Assembly (NCBI GenBank): GCA_017654855.1
Contig: CM030332.1
Location: 2,604,001 to 2,668,000 of the forward strand
Origin: Podospora anserina
Lineage: Eukaryota
DNA: 64,000 nucleotides
Direction of reading: 5' to 3'
Shown: positions 49,219-63,552 of the stretch, one piece after another
Layout: each line of letters starts with the position of its first letter
Numbering within the stretch: the stretch's first letter is position 1
Notes under the pieces: generated by a model
Database searches by the model: none
Seen by the model: the letters and a program-made list of their open reading frames with translations, nothing else
What the model was told of the DNA's origin: nothing
Position numbers and translations under genes: made by a program

Positions 49219-51572
49219 ATGAAGACGTGGATTTTTAGGGCAGGTTTGGCCGGTTTGGCTCTGGCGAATGGAGTACTCGGCGCGGATATTCTCGAGACAG
49301 TAGGATTCAGCAACTGCAACGGCACTGCTGCAGTTTCGGTACAAAGGGTCAACATCAAGTACAACAACGAGGACAAATCAGTAACCTTCGATGTGGCCGG
49401 CTCGAGCTCGCAGATTCAGAATGTCACAGCCGTCTTGAACGTCACGGCTTACGGTCAGAACATCTACTCGAACGCTTTCGATCCCTGCGATGCCGCCACA
49501 TTTGTTGACCAGTTGTGCCCCGTTCCCGCGGGCACTTTTTCCGCCAAGGGCACGCAAAATATTCCCGAGGAGTTTGCCAACTTGGTTCCAGCTATCGCGT
49601 TTCAGATTCCCGATATTGCGGCCATGGCTACGTTGCAGCTTCAGTCCAAGGAGTCCGGTGAGAGGGTAGCGTGTCTGGAGGCTCAGGTGAGCAACGGCAA
49701 GACTGCCGTTGTCCCTGCCGTTTCCTACGTTGCTGCTGGTGTTGCTGGGGCTGCTTTGATCATGAGCGGCATCTCTGCTGCTGGAGCGGCCTTCTCAGGT
49801 GCCAGTGCTGCGGCAAGCGGTGCGAGTGCTGGTGGTATGGGGACTATCAGCCCCAGCTTCACCGAGGTCTTTGGCTGGTTTCAGGGCATGGCCATGAACG
49901 GTATGATGTCGGTCAACTACCCCAACGTTTACCGAAGCTTCTCCCAGAATTTCGGCTTCTCGACCGGTCTCGTGCCCTGGACACAGATGCAGCTTTCCAT
50001 CGATCAGTTCCGCAACATGACTGGAGGCAACTTGACAGAAGACAGCGTCGAGTTCTTGAGAGGCGCTACTTTGGTGTACCCGGATGGTTCGTCCTCGACA
50101 CCTTCCGGCTCGGCTCTCGTGAAGAGGGCATTCGACAACTTTGTTCACCTTGCCAGACGTCAGATCGAGGGTATCGAGACCAGCGTCAACACCACCGAGC
50201 CCGGTGTTGTGCCCGAAGGTGGTGCTCCCACCGAGACTATCCGCGTGGCTGTCACCGGCATGCAAGCCTACGTCCAGGAGCTCTCCGTCCCCAAGTCCAA
50301 CACCTTCATGACTGTACTCCTCATTGTGGCTCTTGTCATCGCCGTCATCGTTGTGGGTGTCCTCCTCGTCAAGATCATTCTCGAGTTCTGGGCTCTCTTC
50401 GGCAGCTTCCCAAAGTCATTATCTGGCTTCCGCAAGCATTACTGGGGCTCCATTGGCCGCGCCATCACTCACTTGATTCTTCTGCTCTATGGCGTGTGGG
50501 TTCTGTACTGCGTCTTTCAATTTACCAACGGAGACTCCTGGGCGGCCAAGACCCTGGCTGGTATCACCCTCTTCCTCTTCACCGGCATTCTTGCCTTTTT
50601 CTCCTTCAACATCTGGCGCACAGCCCGGAGACTCAAGAAGCAGGAGGGCGACGTTGCAGGGTTGTACGACGACAAGAGCATCTGGGTCAAGTACAGCTTG
50701 TTCTACGAGTCCTATCGCAAGGGCTGCTGGTGGATTTTCGTGCCCACCATCATTTACATGTTTGCCAAGGGTTTCGCTCTGGCTGCCACTGACGGCAATG
50801 GCATGGTTCAGACGTCTGCCCAGCTCATCATCGAGGGCGTCATGCTCATCGTTCTGATCTGGAGTCGCCCCTACGAGCGCAAGTCGAGCAACGTGATCAA
50901 CATCACCATTCAGGTTGTCCGCGTTCTCTCGGTTGTCTGCATCTTTGTCTTTGTTGAGCAATTCGGCATCGCCCAAACCACCCAGACTGTGGCCGGTGTC
51001 GTCTTGATCGCTGTGCAGTCTGCTCTGACGGGCATCCTCGCCATTCTGATTGCCTGGAACGCGATCAGTGCCTGCTGCAAGAAGAACCCGCACAGACAGA
51101 GAAGAAAGGAGATGGGTATGTCATTTCTTATCTACCCCTCTCAGGATCGAGATCTTGCTAACATGGCTCCCCAGAAAAAATGCAACGTGACACCCTCACC
51201 CCACTGGATGCGCGCAACTCTCTCCTTCTCGACCGTGAGAAGACGGCGCAGTCTGATCTTACCGACTCCTTCTCCCTGCTCAAGACGGGTGCTCCCCTGG
51301 GCACTGTTGACACGAAGCAGTCCCTGACTCGTCCCGTGTCTTCGGCTTCGTCAAGATACACGCCGCCCCCTACCCAGCCGCAACATACCCGTGATGGTAG
51401 CAATGATAGCTCCTACTTCCGCAGCAACAACCGGGAAAGCAGGCAGCCAAGGCTACCAATCTCAGTCAATGGTACGGTGTACCATTCGCAACCCAACCCA
51501 TACGGAGGAGGTGGTATGGGGTATGGAGGTGGAGGCCACGGGCCAGGAGGGGGGTATGGATATCGGGGATGA
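49219..51572 (+). CDS. FLC/TRP-like (Pkd2-type) membrane channel with N-terminal ML-like domain
   Basis: Signal peptide; FDPC...LCPVPAG; FQIPDI; WFQGMAMNGMMSVNYP; multiple TM helices; intron 51117-51174 joins the tail ending at 51572. Confidence 0.92.
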
Positions 51573-53778
51573 TCTGAGTGACGCGAAATGTGGCCGAAAA
51601 CAAGTTTGTTTGTTGAGAACTAGAACTGGAGGATGTAAGGGTGGATGAGATGACGACGACCTACTACCAATGCCTTGTATTTTTATTTTATCATCTTCTT
51701 GATTCATTGTTTTTGAAACGATATCTCTCATTATTTGCTAGCCTAGCATTCATAGCTATACCCGATATGTAAATCACCATCATTAAACGCTACTCGCCAG
51801 GCTTCCAAAAAGACTGTTGAGGTACTGTTATTGGAAATTGTCAGGTTACCCCATTGCATCAGGTTACTTGGCTTGTGGTCAAATCATTTTATCTCCTACC
51901 GTGTATAATACCTGGAAGCAGGCCGGCTTTCCCTTGAGATACTGTGCCTCTTGTCCACCAACGAAAGTGTTATCTACCTACCCGTCATTCATCAAGATCT
52001 GGCCAGAACACCACCAAACGTAGTCTTACGTTATAAGCGTGGATCAATGCCCTCGCGCATGCCCGTCTCCCCGTCCACGCCTCCATTACATCTCGGTGTT
52101 ATTATCATGCCATTCATGTCCCCTGTCTATCGCCGACATCTCCAACAAACCGTTCTGACAGGTAGAAAAAAGCATGGCTCACCACGCATATCACGTCACA
52201 CGACGTGTCTCCCGACCGCATTTTTCCACCTTTCCCCCTTGCCCGGCCCAGCCCCCCCAGACACAGCCTAGAACCTTACAACCCCCCCCCCTCTCCTTGA
52301 TAGGTAGGTATACCAAAAGCCGTCATCCCGAAGAGACAACCGAACCAACCCGTAGAGGGTTACCGAGTTCATTAACCGCCCGTCAGCCAACCATTCAGCC
52401 CATCAGACCAGCTTGACGTCTGACAACAGCCAAGATTTCCCTTTTCCATCCCCAAAAAAGGTTCTAGACCTTCACAGACCGCCCGCAACCACCCACCCCC
52501 CCCCTTGCAGCTGCATGACGGTAGAAAAATCCAAACATGCAGATCGAAAAATCCCATGGTCATCGAATACGGGATTTGTGATGTTTGCTTGATTGACTTG
52601 TCAACTTCCCATACATAAGCAAGGTAGCTATTTCCTCATTCGTAACCCATTGCCAGACATCACCTTGTTTCTTATCCCATAGCTCTGAACATGCTAGAAA
52701 AGTAAAATCGCAAATCCCGATCCTTTTTCCCCCTTATGGTGTGTTTTGAAAGATTCTGGACTCAACAGTGACGTCGTCATATACACAAACCAACCTACCA
52801 CCATCACACAATCGAGCAAGAAAAGGCAACCAACCCTCACACAACAGCCTCACTCATCATCTGCTATCATCCATCTCCCAAACGTACCTATCCCATCACA
52901 CAGACGCACAAACACTCAGCATCTGTCCCACACAAAACTTCCATCATTCATGTCCCCCCCCAAGCCGAACCCATCACTTGTCAATGAATGACGATGATAT
53001 CAGAACTCTTATATCACCAAAAACTAACTAATAAACCAGTTTATACAAGTCGTAGATACCTATCCGTTCTACCTATCCAACCGTTTTACCTTCTCATCAA
53101 AACTCATCCATCCCCCCCTCCCAGAAAAGTCAATGACGCGCTCTGCGGGGCAAGCATAAGACATACCAAGGGGCAACCTACCACGGAGACAGGTCCGCAA
53201 AAAACACAATCATCGAGATCTTCTTTCTCCCACCCACCCCTCGCTTAACCCTACCTACCTCCAGCAGATATGTCCCGTCAAGCGGAATAAAACCGAAACT
53301 CCATGAAACCCCCTATCCGGACGGAGCCCATCTCTTGTTCAAGATCGACAAAAACCTGCAAGTTCGATATTTACACGAATAGTGGGTCCTCCCCTCCCTC
53401 CCGTCGTGAAGAGGGTGGGAGGGATCATGAATATGTCCTTGAAAAGCACGAGATTGTACGCACATAAGCCTGATGTACAAGCCAATAGAAAACACATGAC
53501 GAATTGTCCCAGTTTCATTAACATTGCCCTTTTTGTTCTGAAAAAGAAAATGAGATGTATGTACAAAATTGTCATCACAGTGTACGGGTCCCATCTCAAA
53601 AACGCCATACTTGAGATACCCAGTCGAAAAAAAATCCCAAATACATGGTAATATATAGTGGTCCAAATTAGCAGGTGCGTGTTGCCCAGGACCAAACCGC
53701 CACATGCCACCCAAGGGTATAATGCAACCAATATAAACCAAAAAAGAAACGTCCCAACAGCGAGAGGTGACCCCTTTT

Positions 53779-55663
53779 CTATTGGGCTCGACGGTTGACA
53801 ATCTCGCCGGCTTGCAGTAACGCGCTCATGCCGTCGAGTCTGGCGGCATCTGGGTTCCCAGCTTGGGGATGGGGATGTCTGGCCTGTCGAGGATGAGCTG
53901 GTGCTTGAGCTGATGCTAGCGAGGGGTAACCCGCGCTGGAGGAATGTGCGGTTACTGGCGGTTGCGAAAGGACGGGCCTGGCATAACCTTTGGCATTGGC
54001 ATCCATGTCAGTATTTTTCCGATCTTTGGATGGATGGGAGGCGCACCATTAATTGCTGGCAAAATACCGGCACCACTGGGGTATGGGCCACCCTGAAAGA
54101 TATGTGGCGGTCGTTGCTGTAGGGGGTACTGTTGGTGTTGCTGCTGGCTGAGATCGAAATGGTCTGGTTTCGATGTCAGCAGCGCGTGTATTGGCAGCTG
54201 GCCATCGACTGGCGTTCTTGGCTGGCCAAAAGGCGAGCCCGAGGATGTGCTCCCAGACGTCGACTGCTCGCTCTTGAGGGTTGGTGGCCGGCTATCGCCA
54301 CCCTCGATGCGGCCTGGGTGGCCGTTTGGGCTTGGTAGAGGCTCGCGCGGGAACCGATACCCATTCATCTCGACCGAGTGCATTCCACCTGGAAATCTCT
54401 GACCTTCGAAAACGTCCGACAAGGATGGGAGGTGCCTCTGGATGTTGGGTGGCTCGTCCCTCCAATGTTGGGTTCGTTGACTCGGTGCCTCCATCGAGTT
54501 GAGCGCGGGGGATCGTTCGTGGCGCTCGGTTTTGCTGATCGTGGGCGAGTGTATCGGCTCGTCTCCTGGCGAGGCGTGAGAAGCTCCAGGGGTTGTGGCA
54601 GTCGAGTACTGAGATTCGCTCATCGACACGACTGATCCAAGCCTCTGTCCCCGGCTTGCTGGGGGTTCGCTGCTTCTGCGGCTGTCCTCTTGGCTGCCGC
54701 TTCTGCTGGAGCGATGTTGACCAGTCCTTGGGGGGCTCGTGCGGTTGGAACCTTCACCATCAGACATTTTCATCCTTTTCCCTGTATCCTTATCTAAGTA
54801 ACCCGAATATCAGATCATGGTCGGAGCTGGCCCAAGTGCAGATACTTGCGCAACATACCTTGAGGGGGAGAGCCATGCTTGGCTTTGAATTCTTGCAGGT
54901 ACAGCATGTACTTCTTGTACTCGGGAGTTTTTTTGTACTCGGCAAGATCGCTTAGGTACTTCTCCTTGATCGCCTGCGCTTGGGACTCATAGGGCTCCTT
55001 TTCAGAAGCATTGAGGCTTTGCCAGTTCTCGCCAACAAGTTTGGCGATCTCGGTAAATGATAAATTTCGACCCTTCAGCTCCTCGCGCATCTTGTTTGAG
55101 AAGAGCACGTAAGCCGAGGGCGGCCGCTCTGGCGCATTTTCGTCAGGCTAGGTAGCGTCAGCATCGTCGCTCTACCAAGGCACTTGAGCGAGTTCAAACC
55201 TTGGGATGACGACGGTATTTCCGTTTGGTGACCACAAGGACACCTGCGTCCCGGGCATCTTGCCTGGAGGCATCCGGCCTCTGCGCGTCTTGAAGTCTCA
55301 GTTCTTCAATGCTTGGCTGGGTGGGCGAGACGAGAGAAGCATCCGGCGCAATGCCCCTTGTATTCGCAATCCGTCTTTGAAGTTTCTTTTCGCAAAACGT
55401 TAGCCACCTGACAAGTTTCCACCTAGATTTGGCGCCTCATACCCTTCTATGACCCAACTTTACTCCTAACGTGTCGCTATTCGCAGAGCTTCATGTCAGC
55501 ATTGTCTCTCTTCTAACCTCTTCTCTGTCCAAGTGTAAACATACAGATCGGACTCGGTAATATCCAAAATGGTTTCCCATGTGTCAAACCCTTGCTCGAG
55601 GAACGCATCCAAGTACTGGGCAAGGCCCAGCTCTCCAAAAACGGTCGACAGTAGTTGCGTCAT
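53779..55663 (-). CDS. SAM domain plus HMG-box transcription factor
   Basis: N-terminal SAM ELGLAQYLDAFLEQGFDTWETILDITESDL|DTLGVKLGHRR|KLQR; HMG box TKRKYRRHPK|PDENAPERPPSAYVLFSNKMREELKG...IAKLVGENWQ; C-terminal LDGMSALLQAGEIV. Confidence 0.92.
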
Positions 55664-58655
55664 TCAGCCTCGCTCGTGTACTGCTGAGGTATGGTGCTGG
55701 TTCGCGGTGTAACAGGCGTGTTTGTTTATTTGGGCTCGAAGTTGTCTAGGTTCTTTCGTCCCGTGCCTTAGGCTCTCGAATCAGAGCGGGCCTGGAGAAC
55801 GCGGCTCGGCTGTGTAAGCTGAAGCTATGGGACGGGGTCGTGGTGGTGCGCTCTCGGAGCTTCGGTAGGCGTGGACAAAAACAACACAGTGGACTGGAAG
55901 GGGACTGTATGTCAAGGGATGGTGGTCGAGAGGAATCGAGCTTCGCTGGCCGGTGGGTTCTTATGAGTGGGAGCCCCGAAACTCGCGATCGGGCTGTTGC
56001 TGTACGGCAAGTGTTGCTGGCTGGGGTGCTTCTCGTGGTGAAGTCAATGGGAATGTTAGACGGGATTTACAGCAAACATGGCATTCTTGAAGGGCAGTGG
56101 TGGCTATTGGGGGTGGGGTAGAGGTCAAGATCTCGATGACATGCTGAATTGGAGGAGAGACAGGAGCTGGTTGAGGTGGGACGAAATCGGTATGGAAGTG
56201 GAAGGGTGTACAAGTGTGGCTGCTCGCCGGGAGGGCACAGGGTACTTACAGAATACAGACAGACCACGGAACCGGAGCCGGCTCGGGGGATGCCAGGGGG
56301 TGTTTGCTCGAATGGGTTATGCCTAGTACAGAGGTACCCGCCGTCGGTGTCTTGCTGCGGAATGCTGGGCGTGGGATTAAAAAAAATCGGCTTCGATCTG
56401 TGCTTGGGCCTGGACTCTGGCTGAAAAGCAGTGCGCAGGTTAATTATCTGGCGGGCAGGAGAATTGCGGTGTCAGCGACATGGGGATCAATATAGTACAA
56501 GCAGTACATATGTATGTACGTTAAAAGTCGAGGCAATCAATCCCAGTGCGTGGCTCCCAAAATTGGCTGATTTGTGGACAGCGGGTCAAGTTCCTAGGTA
56601 CTCGTCTAGCCTCCTCGGGAAAGGACCGCCTGTGCTGGGTACCGCCGTACACTATGGACGTCTAAATTTTGGCGATAGTTGTTACGCTGTCTTGGAGCTT
56701 CTCTTCCCCTGCCAGAAAAGTACAGTTACAATCGGCACAGGATGCGAGGGCGCCGTGTCTGCAGCACAGCGCCTTTCTCCACTGATGTTCGACCTCCTCC
56801 AGCAGCAGCAACACCCAGCAGTTTACCACCTGTCACTGTCTAACATTCGGCTTCAGTGGCAGCCAGCAGCAGCCGGCGGTACCCTTGTGGGAGATGGCCC
56901 GATCTACGGATCATAGGTTCGGTCATGGGCATTCTTCTTCAAAGATGGCAAAGTAACACCGGTGCGATAGGTCGACAGGCTGTTTGATCGAGATCTCAAC
57001 GAAAACGGCCCATGGGCGGCAGGGCAATCTCGTTGTGGTGCTCGTATTGTTGGCCATTTCGCGTTAACCGTGGTTGATATGAATGCCATGATGACGACCA
57101 ACCAAAGCGACATGGCAAACTCCAAACTCAGTCGGGGCGTCGGACAACGGAAGGGCACTTGGAGGGGGAAGCGAGCAAGGGGGATCTCGATCCTAATCGA
57201 CACCATGAGGCACATGAAAAAAAAAACGTACGATAATGATGGATCAGCAGGGCTCCCCACCAATCAGAAGTCGCCCGCCCGCCGCTTTCCCAAGCTGGCG
57301 TGGGAGGGCCGTCACGGACTCACGGCAGGGTGGCAGGCACCACCAGCCAGTAGCAAGCAGTGATTCACAACCCGCTCAGTTGTTTCTCAGAAAGGGAACA
57401 CACCCCTTCTGGTCCCAGCTGCGACGGGACCGACGGAATGTTTTTTCCCTCTATTCGCTGACCTGAGGTTCCTAATTGTGATCAGCTGCTACCAAAGTAA
57501 AGACACGATAGTTGGCGGAAAATACCGTTGGCCTACGAAGTAGCATACATAAACTATTCGCATGGAGGGGCATAGGGTAGGTAGCCAGCAGGCACAATTA
57601 TTCCTGATAATGTCAACCATCGACATTTTGCCCCGTGATCGAATCTTTTGCACATTATGCGATGCCACACCCACTCTGTATGGGTCATGTTCAAGGTTCG
57701 TAATGGGCAAAATCCGGGCCGAGTCAAAATGGGCAATGTTGACTTCTCGGAGAGAAATCCGATCTGCAAAAGGGCCTAATTGCCCTAAAAGACCCAAATG
57801 GGAAATTCCCAGTCATTGGCGCCGTTGGCAAGTGCCGTTTCAATGGGATTTCCAATTCCAGCATAGGACAATTCGGTTCGCAATCAGGCCATGGTCGCAA
57901 GGCTTCAAGATGGCTGTCGTCTGATCGATGGTGGGGTTGATGGAGTGGCCCGCACAAGCCAACTGATGAACAGGGAGCTCTGCAGTCCAGATTCCTGGAA
58001 ATCGATCAAGAGTCTAGAACGTTTAAACGTCTCCGCCCTTCTCCTCCCGCCCCCGCAAGTCACGTCACAAACAAGGGTCTCTTCTCGGCACGATATTCCC
58101 AGAGGAACCTGCAAGTCAACAACTTCCATCCCATCCTAACCCAACATCTTCATCTTGAGCCGAATGCGAACAACTCCGGACCACACGGAGTACATACCTA
58201 CCTGCCGTCTGAACCTGCTGGATCGTGTCCCCCCTTCTGTCAAATTCAACTCCAGCACGTGGACTGTTGAGGACAAGTGCGGTTTACGAGGCTACGGCCA
58301 GCGCCCAAAGAAAAAAGGCAAAGCCAAGCTCCGACAACACACCTCCGCTGAGCCAAGCCTTGTGGGGAGCTGTCGCAAAAGCGCTCGACACCCAGTCATC
58401 GCCCAAAACGCCATAGCCTTGCTGCAAAAATCGTACGTTTGTCTGAGAGGAGTCTGTTGGTGTCAAGCATTTGCGGTTTCAACAGGGCACATCGGCAGCA
58501 CCGACTACGGAACCGCTGTTCCAGCTGCTGCGCTATTGAACTTTGGACCATCACAAACCTCACGGCCATTTTTCGGTGGATATCGCGGCATCGGCCTTTG
58601 TTTCTTTTTTACCAAAACTCACTCACTCTACAATTTCCTGATATCAATACCGAAC

Positions 58656-59942
58656 ATGGCGTCGCCGAACTCCCCACCCGAGAACGGTGCCTCCGAGACG
58701 GAGCCGCCTCGGAATGAGAATTCGTCATCTTCGTCGTCGTCGCCGCTCCCCTCAGCGTCGGTTGGTGAGAACTTGGCGCAGGTAAGCGATCTGTCCCACG
58801 ACATATAGACGATGCCATGCAAGCAAAGCATAGTTGCTGGGCTGGTGAAGGTGCCGGTATAGCTTTCGATACCGGCAATGCCATTCATTCTATCTCCGTG
58901 CCTTTTCCCCTATTCATACCTCGTCTCCAGCCGGACGCTTTTTGCTGACGTCCTGTCTCTTGCCGTTGCGGTCCAGGCCCTAAAAGATCTTGCTAGGTAT
59001 GATGCGGCTTTCATTTCTCGGTGTTTTATTCGAATGTTCATGGCAACTCCCGTAGCATCCCGGCTCGGCCCTGCGTGGGCGTTGGCAAACGCATATCCAC
59101 ATGGCATGAGATATCCAGGGTCTCTTTGCCGCCTTACCCCTTACGAATAGGGTTTTAACATTGCTCCCTGCATGCCGCTCCCTTTGGCCAACATATCTGT
59201 GGTTTTCTACGTATACACCGCTCCTCAAAGAGGAGAAAGATCAGAGATTCCGGCAGCCCTGTCTGAAGTCAGCAGGACACGCTTCCGAGCCACAGCTTAG
59301 CTTCCTACGGATAGTTTCCCCTGCCCTCTGGTTGGGTAGAATGCTCAGAAGGTTCTGTCAACCGACAGCCCGACTGCAGGGAGGAAGGACCCTTCGTGCA
59401 GCGGTCTGAGATGTCCCTCGACGCTAGAATCTGCTGACCTGGCTGATCTGTTGTGGTCGGGCCCAAATACTGCATGGTCCACCCGTCGCAATGGTTGCCG
59501 TGTGAATGACGCGGCGGGCTGAGATCCGGCCCCCTTCCTACCTAGGTATCACCCAACAGGAATTTGTCCACATCCCCCCTTTACATCCGAAAAGCTTCGG
59601 CACTCCAGTCCAACTCCTGGCCACGAGGGAGGAAGAGAAACCACAGTTCAAGGACGACGAGATCAGTCTTTACTATGGCATATCGCCCGATCTGGACGGT
59701 GGTCCCGCAGAGCACAGATCGTGAACCAGATGATTGTGTTAGGTTGCAGCCCGCTGATCAACATGAAAACAAACAGGGGCGAGCAGACTGCCACGGCGTT
59801 GGAGAACGACCTGACCAAGTTAGAGAGCAAGTTGGATGAGATTTTGGCCTCGTTGGGGGTCAACATTGACGACCTGGAGGAGGGGGAGGACTCCACCAAT
59901 GCCGACAAACAGAGCAACGGGGAGGTCGACGGCAAGAAGTGA
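58656..59942 (+). CDS. Small acidic coiled-coil protein of unknown function (three exons)
   Basis: Exons 58656-58781, 58977-58996, 59777-59942 with canonical sites splice in frame to ...ENLAQ|ALKDLAR|GEQTATALENDLTKLESKLDEILASLG. Confidence 0.75.
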
Positions 59943-60795
59943 TGGACGGCATGGGTGGTAGGGACGATTTACGATGGGTATGACTAGATGAGACGAGATA
60001 AAGACGATAGACGGCAGTTGCTACAGTACATGCGAGCCTATACATGTTGTTGTATGCTTACTTCCTAGAGGCAACCTGTCATAACACTTTCGAACACCCT
60101 TGTTTCTTTCCCAGTGCTTTAACAGTACTGAGAAAGCAAGTCTGGTTGCGGGTTATCTTGGACTGACCTGTTTCATAGAGAGACTGGGGCCAAACCCCTT
60201 GAGCATTGGGTTTTTTGCGTATAAGCCTTGCCAGTTGAGCTGCGGGGAAGCCATATCCCAATGGAACTACACGCTGACTGATAAAGAACACAGAATGTCA
60301 CTTTTATTTCATCACGACGACCTCATATTCTAGATGGCGACATTAGCAACTACGGCGGACATGAGGAACACATCTATCCACAGAAGAAAACATGAGGATG
60401 AGAGCTGATTCGCCAACAATCATAGAGGAATAAAAGGTTTCTAAGCGAGCATCATTCCACGACGGGCAAAGTTGAGAAATTGTATCGCACACAAGCCATC
60501 TCCCACTTATAAGTGCAAGATGACAGCATTGCTATCATTCTCCAACACACCAAGTTGGAACAAAACAAGAATGAACATAACAATGGAAAATAGTCATTAT
60601 CGTAACAAACTCCAAACACACCAAACCCCCAGCAAACCATCCATCAAGCTAGGTACCCAACATTTACTCCCATGCTTTATCCCCCCACCACCTTCTTTTG
60701 TTTCTCACTCTACCAGTTCACCGATTGCTTTCCCACAACCAGGTCAACATGACAAAACATACGCTCCCTCTCCCACATAATACACAACACACTCT

Positions 60796-63552
60796 CTACT
60801 CCCCGCCAATCGAAATCTCCGCCCCCCAGTCCTTCCTAATCGTCAACTCCTCCAGCCCCTCCGTCTTGCTAATCACCAACCCCTTCTCGTTCGCCAAATG
60901 CAACAGACAGATAAAGCAGTAACTCGTCGAGATGTCATCCATCACCGGCTTGGGGTACACCCTCTGCAGCCCGTTCATCACATCGGTGAACTTCAACTCT
61001 GGATCCTCCGGCGTGGGGCTCTCAGGTGTAGGGGCAGGGGGTGGTGCCTCCTGTCACGTATCATTAGCATCATTATCATCATACAACCCCAAACAGTATG
61101 TGGGCGACCGGTACATACCTCCAACTTCTCCAACCCCATCCCCTTCCAAATCTCCTCCTTCAACCTCCTCACATCCACCTTCTTCGCCACCCTCGCATAC
61201 TGGACATACTCGGGCCTCACCCTCCTCGACTGCGTGACCAGCATCGTCCCAAACGCCAGATCCGCCGGGTTCGTCACCGTCATCCCCCCAAACGCCCCCG
61301 TCATGCCCACCTCCGTCATGCCCCCCTGATTCCCCAACGGCAAGTCCGGAGAGAAGTGCTCCCTCGCATCCGCAAACTCATCATCCATGTCGTCATCATC
61401 CGCATCCCCACCCGCAAAAGGCAGCCCGTCATCCTGGAAGAAGTTCGCATCGTAGTCTCCCTGCGGTAAATCATCCGAGAGCGGGTTGCTCTCCGGCGCC
61501 TTTTGCGAAGCCCAAAACGCCTCGTTAAGCTCCACCGGCCCGTTGCTGTCCAAGGCTTCCGCTCGGCGGGCGGACACGGCGTCGTGATGGCCCGAGGTGA
61601 GCTTCTTCCTGCTGTGGAGGCGGGCCTTGGGCTTGAGGAACAAGGACAGGAGCTGCTTGCTGTTGAAGTGCTTGTCGTCCGGCAGCAGGTTCCGCGTCTT
61701 TGACTTCCAGTCCTTCTTCGCCATGGAAATGGTTGTGTTTGACGTCGCAGAGGTGTAAATCGCGTCTGCGATGGCGGGGTCCAAGGGCGAGGCAAAGTCG
61801 ATTTCAAAAGGCTGCTTCTCCTTGCGCTGCTTGGCAGGTTCGGTGGTCTTGTTGTTGTCCTTGATCTTGCGGATGCGCCAGTGCTCGGCGTTGGACCAGT
61901 TCTTTTGGAGGGCTTGGTCAAAGTAGCTGAGGATGTCCTCGTGGACCTTGTCGGCTTTTTGGGCGTGGGTCATGGAGATGACGTAGTCTGGGTTGGCCGT
62001 GTCCATGAGGTCGACCGCGTCGCCTTCACCTTCTGCTTCCCCGCCGTCGTTGCCCAAACCGAGGCCGGCGTCAAAGACACGCATCATTTGGGGTTCGAGA
62101 GCAGCTTCACGAGCCCAGGCTTCACCGCCCTCGCCGAAGGCTACATCGCCGCCGAGATCGAAGGTGCCGAGGCCGTCAAAGTCGTCAAAGCCGAGGGGGT
62201 TCTCGTCGTCGATGTACATCTCAGACTTGTTGCCAGCCCCGGGGGTCTTCTCCTTCTCCTGGTCTCGCCAATCCTCCGGCGCTCTAAGGAAGGGAATGTC
62301 AAGCGAACCAGAAGGATCGCCAAGATCAAACTCCTTGAGCGAAGGACACACATCCATCTCATCCAACCGGCTCAGGTCCGGGAAGAACCTCTGCCCAAGC
62401 CCGACAACATCAATCTCAATATCCCCCTCGTCCTCCTCCTCCTCGGGCATTTCCGTGTCTTCCTGATCCTGCATCGACCCATCCATACCCTCGTCATCTT
62501 CCCCTTCCACCCCTCCCTCCTCCGCCTTCTTCCTCGTCCTCGAAGTCGACGCATCATTCGCATCGTCACTACTATCAAACACAATCCTCCCCTGCGAATC
62601 AATCATCAAATGATTCAACAACAACCCCTTCGCACCCCCCTCATCAAAATCCGCCGACGCCTTCTTGAAAAGCGGATCCACCGCAAACTCCAGCTCAAAC
62701 TTCTTCAACTGCAACGAAGCAAACGACGGCGCCAGCGTCGCCTCAGACGACCGCTGCGTCTTCTTCTTGGCCTTCTTCCTCACATTCCCATCCTCATCCA
62801 CCTCATCCTCCTCCTCATCCTCCTCCTCCTCCCCCTTCTTCCTCTTGCTATCCCTACTATCCGCCAACCCGCTCAGCAACTTGCCCGTCTCGGTCGCCAC
62901 ACTGTCCACCCTGCTGGTGTAAATCTTGACACACCCGTCCAGCGTGCAGCTCGCCTTTTGGAAATTGACCCCATCCCCCTCCTTCAGCAAGCTCATGTCG
63001 TGAAAGTAGTCGATCAAAGCAAAGTTCCACGAGTTGGCCGCGTTGATCTTGTTGTCGGTCGCCATCTTCATCCACTCCTCAAAGTTGGCCAGGATGGGCA
63101 CCCGCTTCATGGGCGTGACGGCCTTGCCGCCGATCACGACGTCGTTTTCGTCGTCGAGGAAGTTTTCCCTGCCGCTGTGCCGGCGGCGGCGGTTGTTGTT
63201 GGGAGTGCGGGGGTTGGATTGGGAGTTGTCGGGCGAGTCTACGCCGTCGAGGTCGACGAGGGCGAGGGACTGGCGGCGGGGGGTGGTTGCGCGGGCGGCG
63301 CCTTCGGTGGCGGCTTGACGGAGCTGGTTGACGTGGGCTTCGTGGAGGGCTTTGCGGCCGTGGGAGCGCTGGGCTTTTTCTTGGGCGTCGTCGTTGAGGG
63401 GCATTCTGGTGTGGCATTGTTAGGGGACTGTTGAGAGGTGGGCATGAAGGAGGTGAAACGCACTTTACTGGCGACTTGAAGGGTGAGGCGGCCATGTTCC
63501 CCGAGGGGACCCGGCTCACGCTTCTGCGGTGCGCCGCTGATACACGAGGCAT
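60796..63552 (-). CDS. BRN1: Condensin kleisin subunit Brn1/Cnd2/Barren (CAP-H)
   Basis: FEEWMKMATDNKINAANSWNFALIDYF, NFQKASCTLDGCVKIYTSRVDSV, DPLFKKASADFDEGGAKGLL, YARVAKKVDVRRLK, FICLLHLANEKGL. Confidence 0.97.

Noticed and set aside
49671..50792. 373-aa alternative-frame ORF inside the FLC-like gene
   Set aside because: Off-frame product of biased codon usage; low-complexity R/C/H content
61881..63434. 517-aa plus-strand ORF
   Set aside because: Antisense shadow of BRN1
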